64,000 nucleotides of DNA from Welwitschia mirabilis (GCA_051453625.1 JBOZIK010000001.1:27875854-27939853), one strand, 5' to 3'. Numbered from the stretch's first letter, positions 1 to 14,500 are shown. The notes: generated from the letters alone by a model not told the origin. A program made the numbers and translations.

Positions 1-674
1 TTATAGACTAATGGTCCTTGTTTATAAAATAATAAAAAAAATATGACAAATCTAAATTTATCTTTTTTTTAATTCTTATTTATCTATTTGGCCTATGTGG
101 TAAAAAGGAAAAGGTAGAATGTAGAGGATGAAAAGTTTTGATTAATATACATAATCACCCATACACAGTGTTATGTTTTGAGAATTTACTTGACTCTAAA
201 AAAACATGGAGTAAAAATACAAGTAACATACATAGACCTAGAAAGCAAGAGCATAGTTAGTGAAGTCATTTGAAAGAATTGAGGGACAAATAATCATTTA
301 GAATTGGGATGTATGTTAATAAAGATGTATGAAAGAATTTAGGGATATAATAATTGCTTTGAATGTATTACACAACTTTAATGGGTACCTACTAATACTT
401 GGGGGTGTGGTTTTCTAGGGGTATTGGTAGCTTATTAACTAGTTCATCGAACTTTAACATGAATTTTAGGTTCTAACAACAATTCCATAGTGCCAGTACT
501 ATGAAATGAGTAATGAGGATGTACACATGTCACATGTAATCATCTCTAGGAGAAGAATCACCTTTCCAACCTTAAGGGATGCATGCCTAGTAATGGAGTA
601 TGGGTAGTAACAAATTAGAGAATCTTTATAAATTTAAGGTTTAATTATTGATTTTGGTGCTACATAGTGAGATC

Positions 675-3215
675 ATAGTGCTTAAGAAGTTGGAAAGTGA
701 AGAATGTATCTTGATTTTAGAAAATTAAATGAAGTAACTAAGAGAGACCATTGTCCTTTACCTTTTCTTGATCAAATACTTGATAGAATTCAAAGACATG
801 TTTTTTATTAATTTTTTAATGAATATAGTAATTATAATCAAGTTTGTATTACTAGTGAGAATAAGGATAAAACTAATTTTACTTCAAATTTTAGAACTTT
901 TACCTTTAGATGTATTCCTTTTGAACTTTGCGATGCTTTAGGTACCTTTCAACATGTAAAAAAGGGTATTCTTCTGATATATTAGAGTATTTAATTAAAA
1001 TTTTTATGGATTACTTCTCAATTTATGATGAAAACTTTAAACAAATCTTAGAAAGATTAAAAAATATCCTTGATAAATGTATTGGCAGTGGCTTATGTTT
1101 GAGTTGGGAGAAGAGTTTCCTTTTAGTTAATAATGAAATTATATTAGGTCATCATAATTTAAATAAAGGAATTAGAATGGACCCTATAAATGTTAGTATC
1201 ATTAACAACCTAACTTCTCCAACAAATGTAAATCAATTTTAATCCTTCCTTGTTATTATGATTTTTATTATAATTTCCTTCAAGATTATGCTAAAATTTA
1301 TAAACCCCTTCTCTCATTACTTGAAAAAGAAGCTAACTTTAATTGGAAACAATATTTTCAACTTTCTTAACACACTTAAAAATAAAATCTCTTCTGCACC
1401 TATTATAATGTGACCTAATTAGAATAAAAATTTTGAGTTAATGTCTAATGCTAGTAACATTGCAGTGGGTGGGGTTCTTGAATAAAAATATAAAAATGAT
1501 TTTAAGGTTATATCTTATGATAATAAAAATTTTTCTAAGACTCAAATAAATTACACTACTACTAGAAAAAAATATTAGCAATATTCTCTTACCTTCATAC
1601 ACTTAAAATTTTATCTTTTAGGTTTTTATAAGAATGTTTATACTAATCACGTAGTAATTAGATACCTCATGACCAAGAAATATTCTAGTGCTAGATTCAT
1701 TATATGGATCCTTCTAATGTAAAAATTTAATTTAAATATTATTGATAAAGTAAAAAATCATAATAGTGTAGTAGATCATTTATCAAATCTTTCTTCTTCT
1801 CTTGAGAATCTTGTGATTAATGATTCTTTTCCAGATGANNNNNNNNNNNNNNNNNNNNNNNNNNNNNNNNNNNNNNNNNNNNNNNNNNNNNNNNNNNNNN
1901 NNNNNNNNNNNNNNNNNNNNNNNNNNNNNNNNNNNNNNGATGAAAAATTTTTGGTTATATGTTTTACTCATTCTCCTCCTTCATATGCTGACATTATTAA
2001 TTACTTTATTACCATGAAAACATCACATCATTAAACTAACAATCAAATAAAATCATTTTTCCATAGAATAGGTAATTATGAATGGATAAAGCCATGCCTT
2101 TATCATAGGTGTAAAGATCAAATCATGTAAAATGGTGTATTTGAATGGGAAAAATAAAAGATCCTTAATCTTTGCCATGGTGATATTTGTGGAGGTTATT
2201 TTAGTGGATAGAAAATAGCTATGAAAATTCTTTACTCAAGTTTTTATTAGTTTAATTTTTTTAGGATTTCTTTGATTTTACTAAAATGTGTAATTCTTGT
2301 TAATGTTATGGTAGCATTATTCATTCTTAGAAGATTCCCCTTAAAGCTATTCTTAAATGTGAACTTTTAATTATTGGACAATTAATTTGATAAGCCTTAT
2401 TAAGTCAATTTCTAATGATAAGAATTACATTTCAGTAGTTGTTAATCATGTTACTAAATGGGTTGAAATTATTCCTACTTTTATGAATGATGCTCAAACT
2501 TCTTGTAATTTTTTAATAACTCATATTTGTCGATATTTTGATTTTTCTAGGATTATTATTAGTGATTAAGAAACTCATTTTATTAATCAATTTTTTAGGA
2601 AACTTCTTTTATTTGTTAGAATTGAGCATAAAGTACTTGTGATTATCATCCATAAATAAATGATCAAGATGAAAATGAAAATAGAGAAATAAAGAAAATG
2701 CTATAAAAAATTGTCTCTATTAATAAAAAATCTTGGGCATTTAAGCTTAACAATGTTCTTTACGCTTATCATGCTACTTGGAATAATTCTCTTGGTTTTT
2801 CACCTTATGAACTTGTATATGATAAAATTTTAATTTCATCTGTTAATGTATGTTATAACTCTTATCATTCATCTTATTAACTTAATATTCTAGACTTTCA
2901 TGAGAATTTTAAACATGAATTAGTCCAACTTGATCATCTAGATGAAAAATGTACTTGTACTATACATCATCAACTCATTAACAAAGCCCAAGTTAAGTTC
3001 AAAGATGATAGAAAGTTACTTCATAAAAAGTTTGAATCAGGTTAACTTGTCCTTTTATATAATACTAGAGTACATCTATTACATAACAAGTTAACCTCTC
3101 AATGGTTAAACCCTTATATTATAGAGAAAATACATTCTAATGGCTCTATTAAGATTTTTTACCTATAAACTAAGGAGATTCAAAAAATTAATGAACAAAG
3201 ATTGAAAATATATGA
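675..3215 (+). pseudogene. pol: Degenerate Gypsy pol (RT, RNase H, integrase)
   Basis: Manual translation: LDFRKLNEVTKRDHCPLPFLDQILDR (~710-790), KIFMDYFS (YxDD-equivalent, ORF 928), FELMSNASNIAVGGVL (~1432), CHGDICGGYF, VNHVTKWVE, IISD*ETHF, GFSPYELVY, KLTSQWLNPY, KINEQRLKIY (~3185-3213); many stops and frameshifts. Confidence 0.95.
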
Positions 3216-5479
3216 AAAAACTTCTGATGCAATCTTGAACATGATAGAAACAATTCTTTTGGAGGTTACCCTCGATAAGCAGAACCTCCATGATATCATT
3301 ATTTGAATTCTCTCTTAGCCTATTCTTTTGATTAATGTTATGATATCACTTAATCATCTTTTAAACATAACTTATGTGTTTACTTTATAAAGTTTCCATA
3401 ACTAGTATTCATACTTGGGCATTTTTATAGTGATAAAATTGGATTTATTTAATCTTAAGATATCCATGTAGCTATAAACTTAATTTTAAAGGAATATTCC
3501 TGGCCTTTTATACTTTTTTTTTTAGTGGTATGAGGTCTTCGATTATTTAAGTGTGTTTTTTTTTTTTTTGGTCTTTTGTCTTACTTATTCACCTTTCTCT
3601 TATTGAGTGTGTAATTATGTAGAAATTATTTGTGTCGAAAAAAAAATACAATATGATGATCATGATCTATTGTATCTATGCTAAAACACATAGTCACCAT
3701 ACTGGGGTAAATGTTTCTAAAAGAAGTCTTTGGTATTATTAATAGCTATGGGAAATCCACTAGGGGATTAGTTGGCCATGCTTTAGAGGTCCTTACTTTT
3801 CTAAATGTAGCTACACTCCCTTTATCATGGAAAGTAGTAATAAAACTTTAAGGTTATAAGATTAGTGATGTTCTTGATGTCATTAGAGGAATTTACTTAT
3901 TTCTTATACTTTTAATATTCCTACATGATTATTTTACTTTTGAGGAATTAGGTGTATTTTGGGGTGTGAGCGGGTAAGTTTATTTTTGAGTAGATTTTAA
4001 TATTATCATATATTATTCTAATAATTTAATCTTTGTTGTTATTATAATTACTAGTTTATTGAATGAAACTATATAAAGTTAATATGTTTTATCATAAATT
4101 TTTACTCAAGTAGTTCTATAATGTATTGTAAGGAAGTTTGCTAGGTTAGAACTAAGGGTATGTAATCTATCTTCTTCATGTTCTTGGTATCCATTTTTGT
4201 TATAATTTTCTTTCATTTTTAATTTGTTATTTCAAAGTCATTTTTGTATTTTTTCATCTGCAACTAGGACCTTATTATTCAGTAATCTCCTTGCTATTAT
4301 TCATGTTATTTCTTTTAAATAACAAGTTGATTTTCTTGTAGCATTTTTATTGGACAATCATATCTTATTCTTCATAATTTTTATGAGTTTTATTTGAGCC
4401 TTTTAAAATTATACATATTTCTAAAATTATTTATCAATTTAGGCACTTTTTTTTTAGTTTTTTTTGATAACTTTCATCCTAGTTAGTATATTTTTTATTT
4501 CCCTATCTTTTAATTGTTTTGCATTTTGATCCTTAGTTTTATTCATTATAGCTCTTCAATCTTTCCAAATTTTTAAAATTTTTAATAAATTCTAATATCT
4601 TTACAATGCTATTTAAGTTTAACTTATTTGATTGACATCTCAACTTTTTATTTCATCATCCATTTCATTATCTAGATAAAATTGGAGGATGATATTAGCC
4701 TTTTTTTTGACAATCATTCTAGGGCTGTCATCTAGACACCGTAACTAGATGGCAGTGTGATAAATTATGTATTAACTTCTTTTTCCTAATTTTTCTCCCA
4801 TTTTCTATTATTTCTTCCCATTCTTTTGAGAGACAATAATGCCCTTAGTCTTTGCCAACATTTTAAATATTATTCTATCCAAATTTGTGAATTAAATTTC
4901 TAGATTTCAATAGATTCTAAAAAATGAGATATGTTTTTTTCCCAATTTTTAAAATTTCTTTTGTTGTTTTTTATCCTTTTGATGTATATTTTCCATGTAT
5001 TATTTTCCATTTTTTGAGTTCTTTAATTAGGAACTTATGAATCTAATTTTCATTTCATATTTTATAAGTTATGATGAATTGTTTGCTTTAAAATAGAATT
5101 AGGTTTTAAGTTTTAAACCTCATTTTATCACAAATAATAAGCCAAAACATAATGATTCTTTAGGAAAAATTGATCAGCAACACATGCTCTACATTTCTAG
5201 TAGATTAGATGTTTCATTTGTGCACTTTTAATTTTTATCTAGTGCCCACCAAATTCCCATGTTATAATTTTTTTGGATATGTTTCAAGCTTTTCTTCATA
5301 CAACTAGGTAATATGGAATGTATTAATACTTTTAAGAAAGGATAGGATATATTTTCACAATTTTATACATTTTAAACTATTTTATGAGGTTATTTCAAGA
5401 ATCTATGTAATGCATTTTAGCTATATTTATTTCATCTCACATAACATATTATGTATTTCAGACCAAGTAGGCCATGCAC

Positions 5480-6650
5480 ACATAGAGCTAAATAGGTTAA
5501 GGTTGAGGTTGAAACTATTAAGTAGGATCTAGGCCAATTAGCACCACTGAAGGTCAAGCATGTAGAGTTGATACACCATCCACCTCAACATACTAGAACT
5601 CTTACCATTCAATTAGCTACTGTTTGTGTTAAGAAATATTTTTGGGATTTCATGAGCTAATTAGACCTAGATATAAATTAGAGGCTTATAGATTTATAGC
5701 TTTGGTGGATCTTATATGCATATGCATCTAAGATGATGGAATTTTATGACATAATTCATATAGAGCATTGTCCCGATGTTCATGGCCAGCTTGTGGATAT
5801 GATTAGAGCTATGATTTAGGGCCACAAGGTCATCATTCTTTCAAATTAAATTATAGTAGTAATAGATCTTTGTGGTGTTGGAAGCACTCATATACATTTA
5901 GCCAATGGAATAGAGGAGCATTATACATATGGTATAGTACTAGACATTCTACCCAATTTGATTATGGATACATGAGGTGTTTTAGTTATAGAGTTAAGTC
6001 CTACTTATCAAATGTTTCATGAAGAACTAATTCATTACATCAGTTCATCCTTCCATAATAGTTATGATATGGTGGTGTATCTATAGATTTTAGTAGTGTT
6101 TAGGTAGGGTGAGTAGATGGACTTAGCCACATTTGTCTAGAGGAGACTCAGATCTATGATTGAATCATACTAGCTTTAGACTTTGAGATATTCATGCCTC
6201 CTCTTAGTCATGTTCAAATGATTTAGTATATGTAAGCCTATAGGTAAGCAGTAATTCATGCATAAATAGACTTCATCTTATTACTTATAGGACAAAGACA
6301 TCTAGGTGCCAAAAGATGAAGAAACACATCAGGTATAGAGACCTATGATTTGTACTTTTATAAAGTAGATTTAGATCCTTCTAGTAGAGACTGTAGAAAC
6401 TATTAAAGGGATTATAGACTAAGGCATCTCTACACTAGAGCAGAAGATTTAGATAGCTAAGAGAAGTCAACGCATCTTATAGATAAAGCATAATGTAATG
6501 GTAGATATCCTAAAGATAGTTCAAGTATAGGAATAGGAAATAGTGTATACCATTACGACATCACTTGACCACCATTTCCTTGTAGATCTTGAGCATGCTT
6601 TCTCTTCTTCTCTTACTCTGAGCCTACCTCCCACTAAGAGTTTATCATGA
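5480..6650 (+). pseudogene. Degenerate extra (env-like/ORF2) reading frame between pol and 3' LTR
   Basis: One frame from 5715 to ~6360 reads YAYASKMMEFYDII..MI*GHKVII..LSPTYQMFHEELIHYI..GE*MDLATFV..LRYSCLLLVMFK, with in-frame stops only; motif order resembles Athila/SIRE accessory ORFs; outer limits approximate. Confidence 0.65.
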
Positions 6651-6714
6651 CTAGATAAGGGAATTGACTTTCTATTATTATATTTTTATAACTTCCCCTT
6701 TATGAAAAGTTATG

Positions 6715-6737
6715 ATATATATATATATATATATATA
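6715..6737. repeat. (AT)n microsatellite
   Basis: Run of AT dinucleotides read directly. Confidence 0.85.
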
Positions 6738-7171
6738 AGTATCATCATGGTGTGTATTGCTAGATTTTATGCATATTTTTATATCATACTTTATGATGAG
6801 GATTATCTATATACACATTTATGTCTTTCATCTACTATACATTTTAGTGGAGAACTATTAATTATCAGTATATTTAATGTCTATCTTTCTAAAATATTTT
6901 TTGCATGCTTCTTTTTTTTAAGAATATTTTTTTAGTCTATCATCCCATCTATCATCTGGATGACAATTAGAATAACAGTATAACGGATTACATTACATAA
7001 GTAAAACATTCCGTTATCTATTTTTGACATTTCTATTTTGCATTCTTAGATTTTTGAGATTATTTTTGAGTTTATTTTACATTTTCCTAGTTTTTATTAT
7101 TAGTCAATTTAATCCATAATCATAGTTATCCACTTGGTTTTTTCAAGAACTGACAAAACTAGTTAGGGGAT

Positions 7172-8420
7172 AGTTGCACTACCAAATTATATGTATTCAA
7201 TAGGGTATTTTGAGTAGTTTTTATAGGACATTAGACAAGTTTATGCTGAGTTTTATTGATAATGGATATCTAAAGAAAATATCATAAAACATGCAAACTT
7301 CATTACATTTAACAGCATTAGAATCAATTTATAATACTTTCTATCTAAAGAAATAATCATCCAAACAAAGAGGGTAATGAAATACATGGAATACTTTGGA
7401 AAAGCCTATCATCCACATCATTGTCTGAACAATGATATGGATGATAGAAATACTTAAAATAAAAAGGATACTTATTAGATCAATCTGAAAACTAATGTGG
7501 ATCTTATATGATATGACATCATCTTCTATGATATCTAGATGACTAGAAGGATGATACCTTAGGCAAATACTTCACCAAACTTCATCAAACTCTAGTGATG
7601 TAGCTTGCATCTTCTTATGTGATTGTTAGAATTGTTTATGCATCTATTAGTCTTTTTAGATTTTAGAGTTTATTGATAATAAATATCTCCTCCTCCTTCT
7701 ACTTTGTTCTGTATCTTCTTTTACACTAGAAATTTTTATGACAGGAGATCGAGGGGTTGGATTACATCCATTATTATTACAGAGAGATGTCTTCATTAGT
7801 ATTAGGATATGTATCCTCATTAAGATGCTATTGCTTTATAACATGGATATTGGTTTAATTTTAATTAAAACTTTGTTTTTCTTTTCACATATTTTATTTT
7901 ATGCATTTCACTTATGGTTTATATTGCCTTTTATTCTATGATATCTTCTTTGATAATATAGATCATAAAGACAACCTTTGTTAAAGATAACATTATTAGT
8001 TGATGTGCTTTGCATTCCATTTATTAGATTAACTTGCATTGATTTCACATTCTATTTAATGTACCTAATAGCTTATGTTGATCTTGATCTGGTAAAAACA
8101 TTTTTTTGATTGATCTAGATTACACAGGGATGATCTCTATGATAGGTTGATTTGGTAATCAGATAGAAGTTGCATTTAGTTTATTCTTGCATTTCATGTT
8201 CATAGTATGTTCATGTGATTGTTATTTTCTTCTACTTTAATGATACATAGTATTTCATTTTTGAAATCAATTCTATTTTTTATCACCGATGCCTTTAACA
8301 AGATTATGATTGTGGTTACTTCCATTTATATTAGTGTACTATGTTATGCAAAATATATTTAGTTGTGATTTACAGGATTTATTTGAGAATGTAACATTTG
8401 AAGAAATATGCATTACAACA
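7172..8420 (+). repeat. 3' LTR, family A (~1.25 kb)
   Basis: Follows PPT AGTTAGGGGAT; starts (A)GTTGCACTACCAAATT, ends CAACA; collinear with the reverse complement of 28993-30242. Confidence 0.9.
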
Positions 8421-9131
8421 TATACCCATAGAACTCCAAGGTTTTATCTATTTGATAGGTATACTAATAATGAAAACTCTAGGAGACACCCATGCAGTGA
8501 TTTTTAAGATACTATTAATGGCTACTATAGATGTTACTATTTATTCTAGGAGAGGGGTAATAAAAATTAGACTTGGATATTTAAAAAAAAAAAGGTCAAA
8601 CTTTCTAATGCAGTGGTTGTTGAAGAAATGACATAAAACACAGAAGCAAAAACCAATGAAATTCTAACATAGAAAGTTAATTTGATGTTAAATAAATAAA
8701 ATGAGAGGAAATAGAAGTAAAAAGGTTTAGTAGCTAAATAAGTAGAAAAGCCTCCTCTTAAGGAAAGATGAGAATATATTAAGGCAACTTCTTATAAACC
8801 TTTAATCATAAATAGTCATTTAAGTCATTCTTAGAAGAGAAGACTTAAAAGAATGTTAATTAAAAAAGCAACCTTTTCTTAGGATCATATAGATATTAAA
8901 GGAATAGATCCAAAAGTATACGAACATAAAATCTATTTAAACACTTCTATTAAACCAATTTGGCAACCACAAAGAAGATGTAATTCACATATGTAGAAGA
9001 TAATTAAATAAGAAAATTTTAAACTCTTAGAAGTAGGATTCATATGCTCAATATCTAATTTAGAATAGATTAGTCCTATAATAGTTATACAAAAGAAATA
9101 AAATAAATGGAGGATGTGTATAGACTTTAGA
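8421..9131 (+). pseudogene. pol: Family B Gypsy fragment: protease C-terminal half to start of RT
   Basis: IPIELQGFIYLIGILIMKTLGDTHAV..IYSRRGVIKIRLG (homologous to ORF 39838-40074), DIKGIDPKVYEHKIYL, IKPIWQPQRRCN, NKWRMCIDFR. Confidence 0.85.
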
Positions 9132-9819
9132 ACTGGATAAAGAAAACATGAGATTACTCCATGAGCTTCATCTCATAGAAGTAAAGTTGGGTAAGTGAAT
9201 TAGGTTTGGACATGAAGAATTGGTTATATCACATAGATTTAGTTATTATCCTTAGAAGTTATACAATTTTATTAATTATATTTAAAAAAAAATTCCGAAA
9301 CATTATTTAAAAAGCTTTTAGAGGATGGTCAATGATTATGCACATCTTTAATAATTTCAAAAGAGATTGAAATTATTCAAAACGGAATAGAAGTTTCCAT
9401 AAGATAACTCAATAACTTTTTAAATGATACTATAATAATGTTTTATAGGATTTTAAACAAATATAAATCAGATGTTATAGTTTTTATCATGTCCTCTCAG
9501 GATTTTTAGTAGTTATGTTCTTTTAAAGACCAAATTGTTCAAAACATAATTATGTTAAGAGGTAGATTTTCAGATATTTTTTGAAAATTAGAGAATAAAG
9601 ATTTATTTAAGATATGTTTAGTTCCTATAAGGCAAACCTCAAGATTAGAACAACAAATTAGGACAACTTCCAAAATAAAACATGTACCCTAAAGTTCTAA
9701 AATAAAAGGCCTTTTAGCCCTAAAAGAAAGGGAGAAGAATCAATCAAGCCAACAGCTCCTCCATGAGGTAAGGGCCAAGGTAGAAAGGTAGCTTTGGAGT
9801 AGGTAGAAATAAATATCAT

Positions 9820-11070
9820 TGTTATGATGCCAATTTATAGGAATTTCATGTGTATTTTGAGTATTTTTATAGGACATTTATATAGGTTTAGATGTAATTC
9901 TAATGATTATTATGAATTAATAGGATATTCATTGAAACATTCACTTATTATCATATTTAAAGGCATCTCAAGCTTATTCTAATATTTCATCCCTTAAAGG
10001 AAAGATTAACCATGCAGAAGACTAATTTCGCTTTGAGCTAGAAGATAAAGAGGCCTTTTATTCCCTCTGTTGTTCTCACAACACCCAAAATGATAACATT
10101 GCTGATATGGATTGGATTTCTAGATTTGACTATGGAGTTTGAAATTAATGAATGATCTTTTATGATGGGATATCATCTTTATTATCATCCCTATGATACT
10201 TAGAATAACAAATATTTTTATATGAAGGAAAAGACTTATCTTTGTAATGGAGTCATGCGACTCTTGTGAGTTGCTAGAGTTTCTTCTCCAACTCTTAGGG
10301 TTGTGCTTCTAAAACTTCAATGTAAAACTATAAATACCCTCCCTTTCCTTTACTTTAATTTTCATCTTTTATATTGAAAATTCTTGTGATGGAAGATTGA
10401 AGGATAAGAGGTTCATCCAGTAGCTACAAAGAGAAGTTTACCTTAGTATTGGATTGAGTACATTCTATTGAGGTGTTGTTGTTTATGTATAAGTGGATGT
10501 AAAGTTGTTAATTAATTCAATTACTCTCTTCACTCTTATTATGTAAATGTCCCTTATGACTTAAGTTGATTGTGGTTTAGTAATAGCTCTATAGTTTATT
10601 TAGATTATAAGGGCAATCCTTGTTAAGTTTAAGTTTATTATTTTAGATCTTACATTGCATTTTATTCCATTTCCATACTTGCATTACCCATATTGTATTT
10701 GGCATATCTTATAGTTTATATTGATTAGGAATAAGTGATAAACTCTTCCTAATTGGTCTAAGTTATAAGAACTAATTCTTATTACAAAAGGATTGGAATT
10801 CAAATAGAACTCATTACACTTGCATTTTATCCATTGCAATTTATAATCTTCATCTTACATTGCATTGCATTATTATTTATTTTTTATTTACTAAAATGTA
10901 AAAGATAAATACTTTGTGAAATCAATTCTTTAACTTATAGCCTAGTGCCTTCAATACACTATGATATTTAGATTAACTCCCATCTGTACTAGTGTGGATT
11001 TTTGTACAAGTATTATGATTTACATATTTTTCCTAATGACTTAAAAATCATATAAATTTACATGGTAACA
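9820..11070 (+). repeat. 5' LTR, family A
   Basis: TGTTATGATGCC...CATGGTAACA termini; CTATAAATACCC TATA-like box ~10328; homologous to 58842-60093 and 34845-36041 (reverse). Confidence 0.9.
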
Positions 11071-11092
11071 TTTTGATGTTGTTGCTAGGGAA
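11071..11092 (+). promoter_or_regulatory. Primer binding site, tRNA-Asp type (decayed)
   Basis: TTTTGATGTTGTTGCTAGGGAA directly after the LTR; differs from the Athila consensus TTTTGGCGCCGTTGCCGGGGA by C>T/G>A changes. Confidence 0.8.
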
Positions 11093-11539
11093 GGCCAAAA
11101 GAAGATGGAGGATTATTACTATCTAGATAAGTAACTTGAAATTCACTTCAAGTTATTTATTTGAAATAGTGCTACATTTTTTTTTGTAGTTTAATAAGTT
11201 TATTTTGGTAATTTTTATTTTCTGTAGTTAAAACAAATTCACTGTCATCCTTTCTATCAACTCCATGATACTAGAAATGATAGTCTAGATTTTTGAATTT
11301 ATTTTCTTTTTCTTAATTTTTATTTTTATCGATAGCAGTAATACAGAATTACTATCATCTTATTTATTATCCCCATGATAATCTGGATGATAATATGTTT
11401 GTTTACTTACGATAATATTTCTCTAATTTTAGTTTTCTACTATTGTGATCATTGTCCCTCTTATTGTCTCCACAACTAGCTAGATAATAATTAGTTGTTT
11501 TTTATTTTAGTTTTTATTTATTATCTAAAGTATGCAATG

Positions 11540-14500
11540 ATATGATGAATTCTAATAGAAAGATAAAATATCAAAGAGAGTAGAAATTGATTGAAGAAAA
11601 TATTAGATAATGCTTATTCAACTTCAAGAAAAATTGAGGTACACAAATTCTAAAAATAAAAGAAAAGGATTTTTTTCTTTTATTATTTCAAAATCATATT
11701 TTACAAAAGAAAATTATAAAATATCATGTTTTCTTAATCTATGTCTAAATCCTAGCAAAAACAAAAATAAATCGCTTTCTCTAATATACCAATCATAATA
11801 GGAACTTCAAATTCAAATGCAAATGTTATACTTAGAGATTTAATTGCTAATTAAAAATGTGAAATTAAAAATCCTTTATATTTACCTATTGGTGATGATG
11901 TAGAATTAAGAAACTTAAATTATTATCCAACATTTTTCAAGGAAACCTAAGGATGACCCTTTCCAACATCTAGCTGACATTAAACAACTTGTACTTATCT
12001 CATAAAATGGGAAGAAACACATTAGTGATTGTACTTACAAAATTATCTTTCTAATCACACTGAGAGAAAAGGAAAAACTTTTAATTAAAACCATTTCATG
12101 TAAGAGTCTTAAATTATAGAGTCAAGCATAAAACATTTTTATTAAAAGATTTCTTAGTGGAAGTATCATAAGAAAAAGAAAGAAGAAAGTTACCAACGTG
12201 CAACAACGAACTTAGCAGATTATGTCATAACTTGTGAGAGTTTTATCATAGCTATCCATTTCAACTATGTTCATGAATTTTGTAAAGAAGAATTGGTATA
12301 TTATTTCTATAGTGGATTGATAAGTCAAACTAAATAACTTGTAGACTTTTCTTATGATGAAAACTTGATGAATTATTAGAGGATGCATAGAATGTATTGG
12401 CAAATCTAGTATAAATAAGTAAAACTTAGTTAAAATCCACTAAGGAAAATTGAACTATAGATCAAATCATAAAATATTTAAAGAAAGTAAAACATGATAA
12501 GAAAGAAGAGAAAGGTGACTCAACCACCATAATTAGGGATTTAACTATGACTTTGGATAAGTACATCCAAATGATAGTTGATTCAAAGGTAGTGAAAAAT
12601 AAAAGCATAACTTCAGCATGTGATACTTGTGAATATAACTCTCATCTAACTAAAAAGTATTTCTTGTTACCAATTTGTAAAGAGAGAATGTTTAAGGAGG
12701 TGTGTGTATTTAACTAAAGAACATATAACTCTAAAAGGCAATCACAATTTTAACAAAGATTAGGTGGAAAATCACAATGGAAACCTTTTGAGAATAGATT
12801 AAGAAATTCAAACTTTCAACTAAATAACCTCAATTTTCTACCAAATCAAAATGTTCCACTCAGAGATTACATAGAAGAATTAAAAAAAGATGTAATAAAA
12901 TATTAACAATGATATTGAAAACTTAGTCGATGTGTTTTAACAAATGATGCTTACTAATCAAAGACCACAAGGGTCTCTTACATCTTAATCTTTATCCAAC
13001 TCAAATGAAGTGAAGAGAGTTTTGAAGTTAGTAATAAGAACTAAAAATGACATAATACCTCCTACCCATGAGATATCAACTTTTAAAAAAAATAAAAAAA
13101 GTAATAAAGAAGATGATGTAGAAATTTTGAACTCATATAACTTTCCATTAACATCACATTCTAAGACCTCTATCATAAATTCTTCATAGAAAAACAAAGG
13201 GAAGAAACCATTTACTCCTTAGTTTGATAGGTTAAATACGAATCTACTAATAATGATCACATAAAAACCTTGATGTAAGAAGTAAACATTAGCTTATTTT
13301 TTTGGAAACTATTATAAGAAACCCCTAAATACTCTAAGTTGTTAAAAGACCTAGTAAGAAGAAAATCAAAACATACCATTCCGAGTAAAGTTTTTCTTAC
13401 TTAATCGATTTCCAACTTAATCATGAAAAAATGGTTTAAATTCAAAGACCCTAGAGTAGCAACAGTGAGTGTTATCTTGGAAGGAAACAAAATAATTCAA
13501 AAATATTTAATTTACATAGGAGCTAGTGTGAACATCATATCTCTTTACATGTAAAAGGCTTGGGTTGAAAAATAGAATAGACCCACATGAATTATCTTGA
13601 AATTGGATTATAATTAAATTAAAAAACCCTTAGAAATTATTAAGAACCTATTCATTCAAATAAAATAAGCTTTTTACCCCATAGATATAGTCCTCATTTA
13701 GGTAGAACATGATGGAGGTTATCCAATACTCTTAGAAAGAGCATTTTATACAACTACCCACTATACCATTGACAAATAAACCAGAATGATGGAATGTCAT
13801 ATAAGAAATAAGAAGTTCACCATTAAAGTCTTTGATGCTACTAAAAAATAAATAGGAGATGAGTTTAACTTAGAAGAAGAAATTAAACCAACCTTATTTT
13901 TATAACATTATCCAAGTTAGAAAAGGCTGATAGTTCTACATAAACCAACTTTATATGATGACCTAACTAAAATGCACTATCTTGAGTATGAGAATGAGGA
14001 ATCTTCTAACTAGGAGGAAATCCAACCTATTTACTTAATAGAAAACCTTTTTAAAGAGTATCATCCCATGTCTATTGTTCGCACAATATATGAGATGACA
14101 AGTAAAAATTCCAACTTAGAGCTAAAGAAGTTTTCCAAGAATCTAAAACATATTTTCCTATCTAATAATCTAAAGAAACCTTTAATAATAAGTAGCCTTC
14201 TTACTCCTAAATAAGAATCCAGTTTGTTCTGCCTTTTAACTTCTAAGGAAGATGCTTTTGCTTGGACTCATAAAGACTTAGCTATCATCCCTCTTTTCAT
14301 AGTCTAACACAAAATTTATCTTGAGGATAATGCTAAACCTATTAGGTAACCCTAATTAAGGCTTAACCCTATCCTTAAGATAGTAGTTAAAGATGAAATT
14401 ATTAAACTTAAGAATGTCAAGATCATCTATGCTATATCCAATAGTGAGTGGATTAGTTTTTTGATAATAGTTCTAAAAAAGATGGGAAATGAAGAAGGTG

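Larger units (their letters stand above)
675..8420 (+). mobile_element. 3' half of Athila-like Ty3/Gypsy element (family A): RT-RNaseH-integrase, 3' region with extra ORF, PPT and 3' LTR
   Basis: Gypsy domain order RT-RH-INT, purine tract at ~7160-7171, LTR ending ...CATTACAACA at 8420 followed by TATAC. Confidence 0.9.

Noticed and set aside
1-674. Possible end of another LTR (...GGTGCTACA) with a Met-PBS-like TAGTGAGATCATAG
   Set aside because: Too degenerate and no second copy in the window; left unannotated, as are 9135-9819, 24200-25690 and 49890-50640
1783-2034. ORFs spanning N-runs (also 22920, 34577, 60340, 60488, 63451)
   Set aside because: Artefacts of translating through gaps
6702-7941. 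Hydrophobic small ORFs (also 28975, 50805, 56228, 61467) as membrane peptides
   Set aside because: Expected by chance from T-rich UTR/LTR sequence
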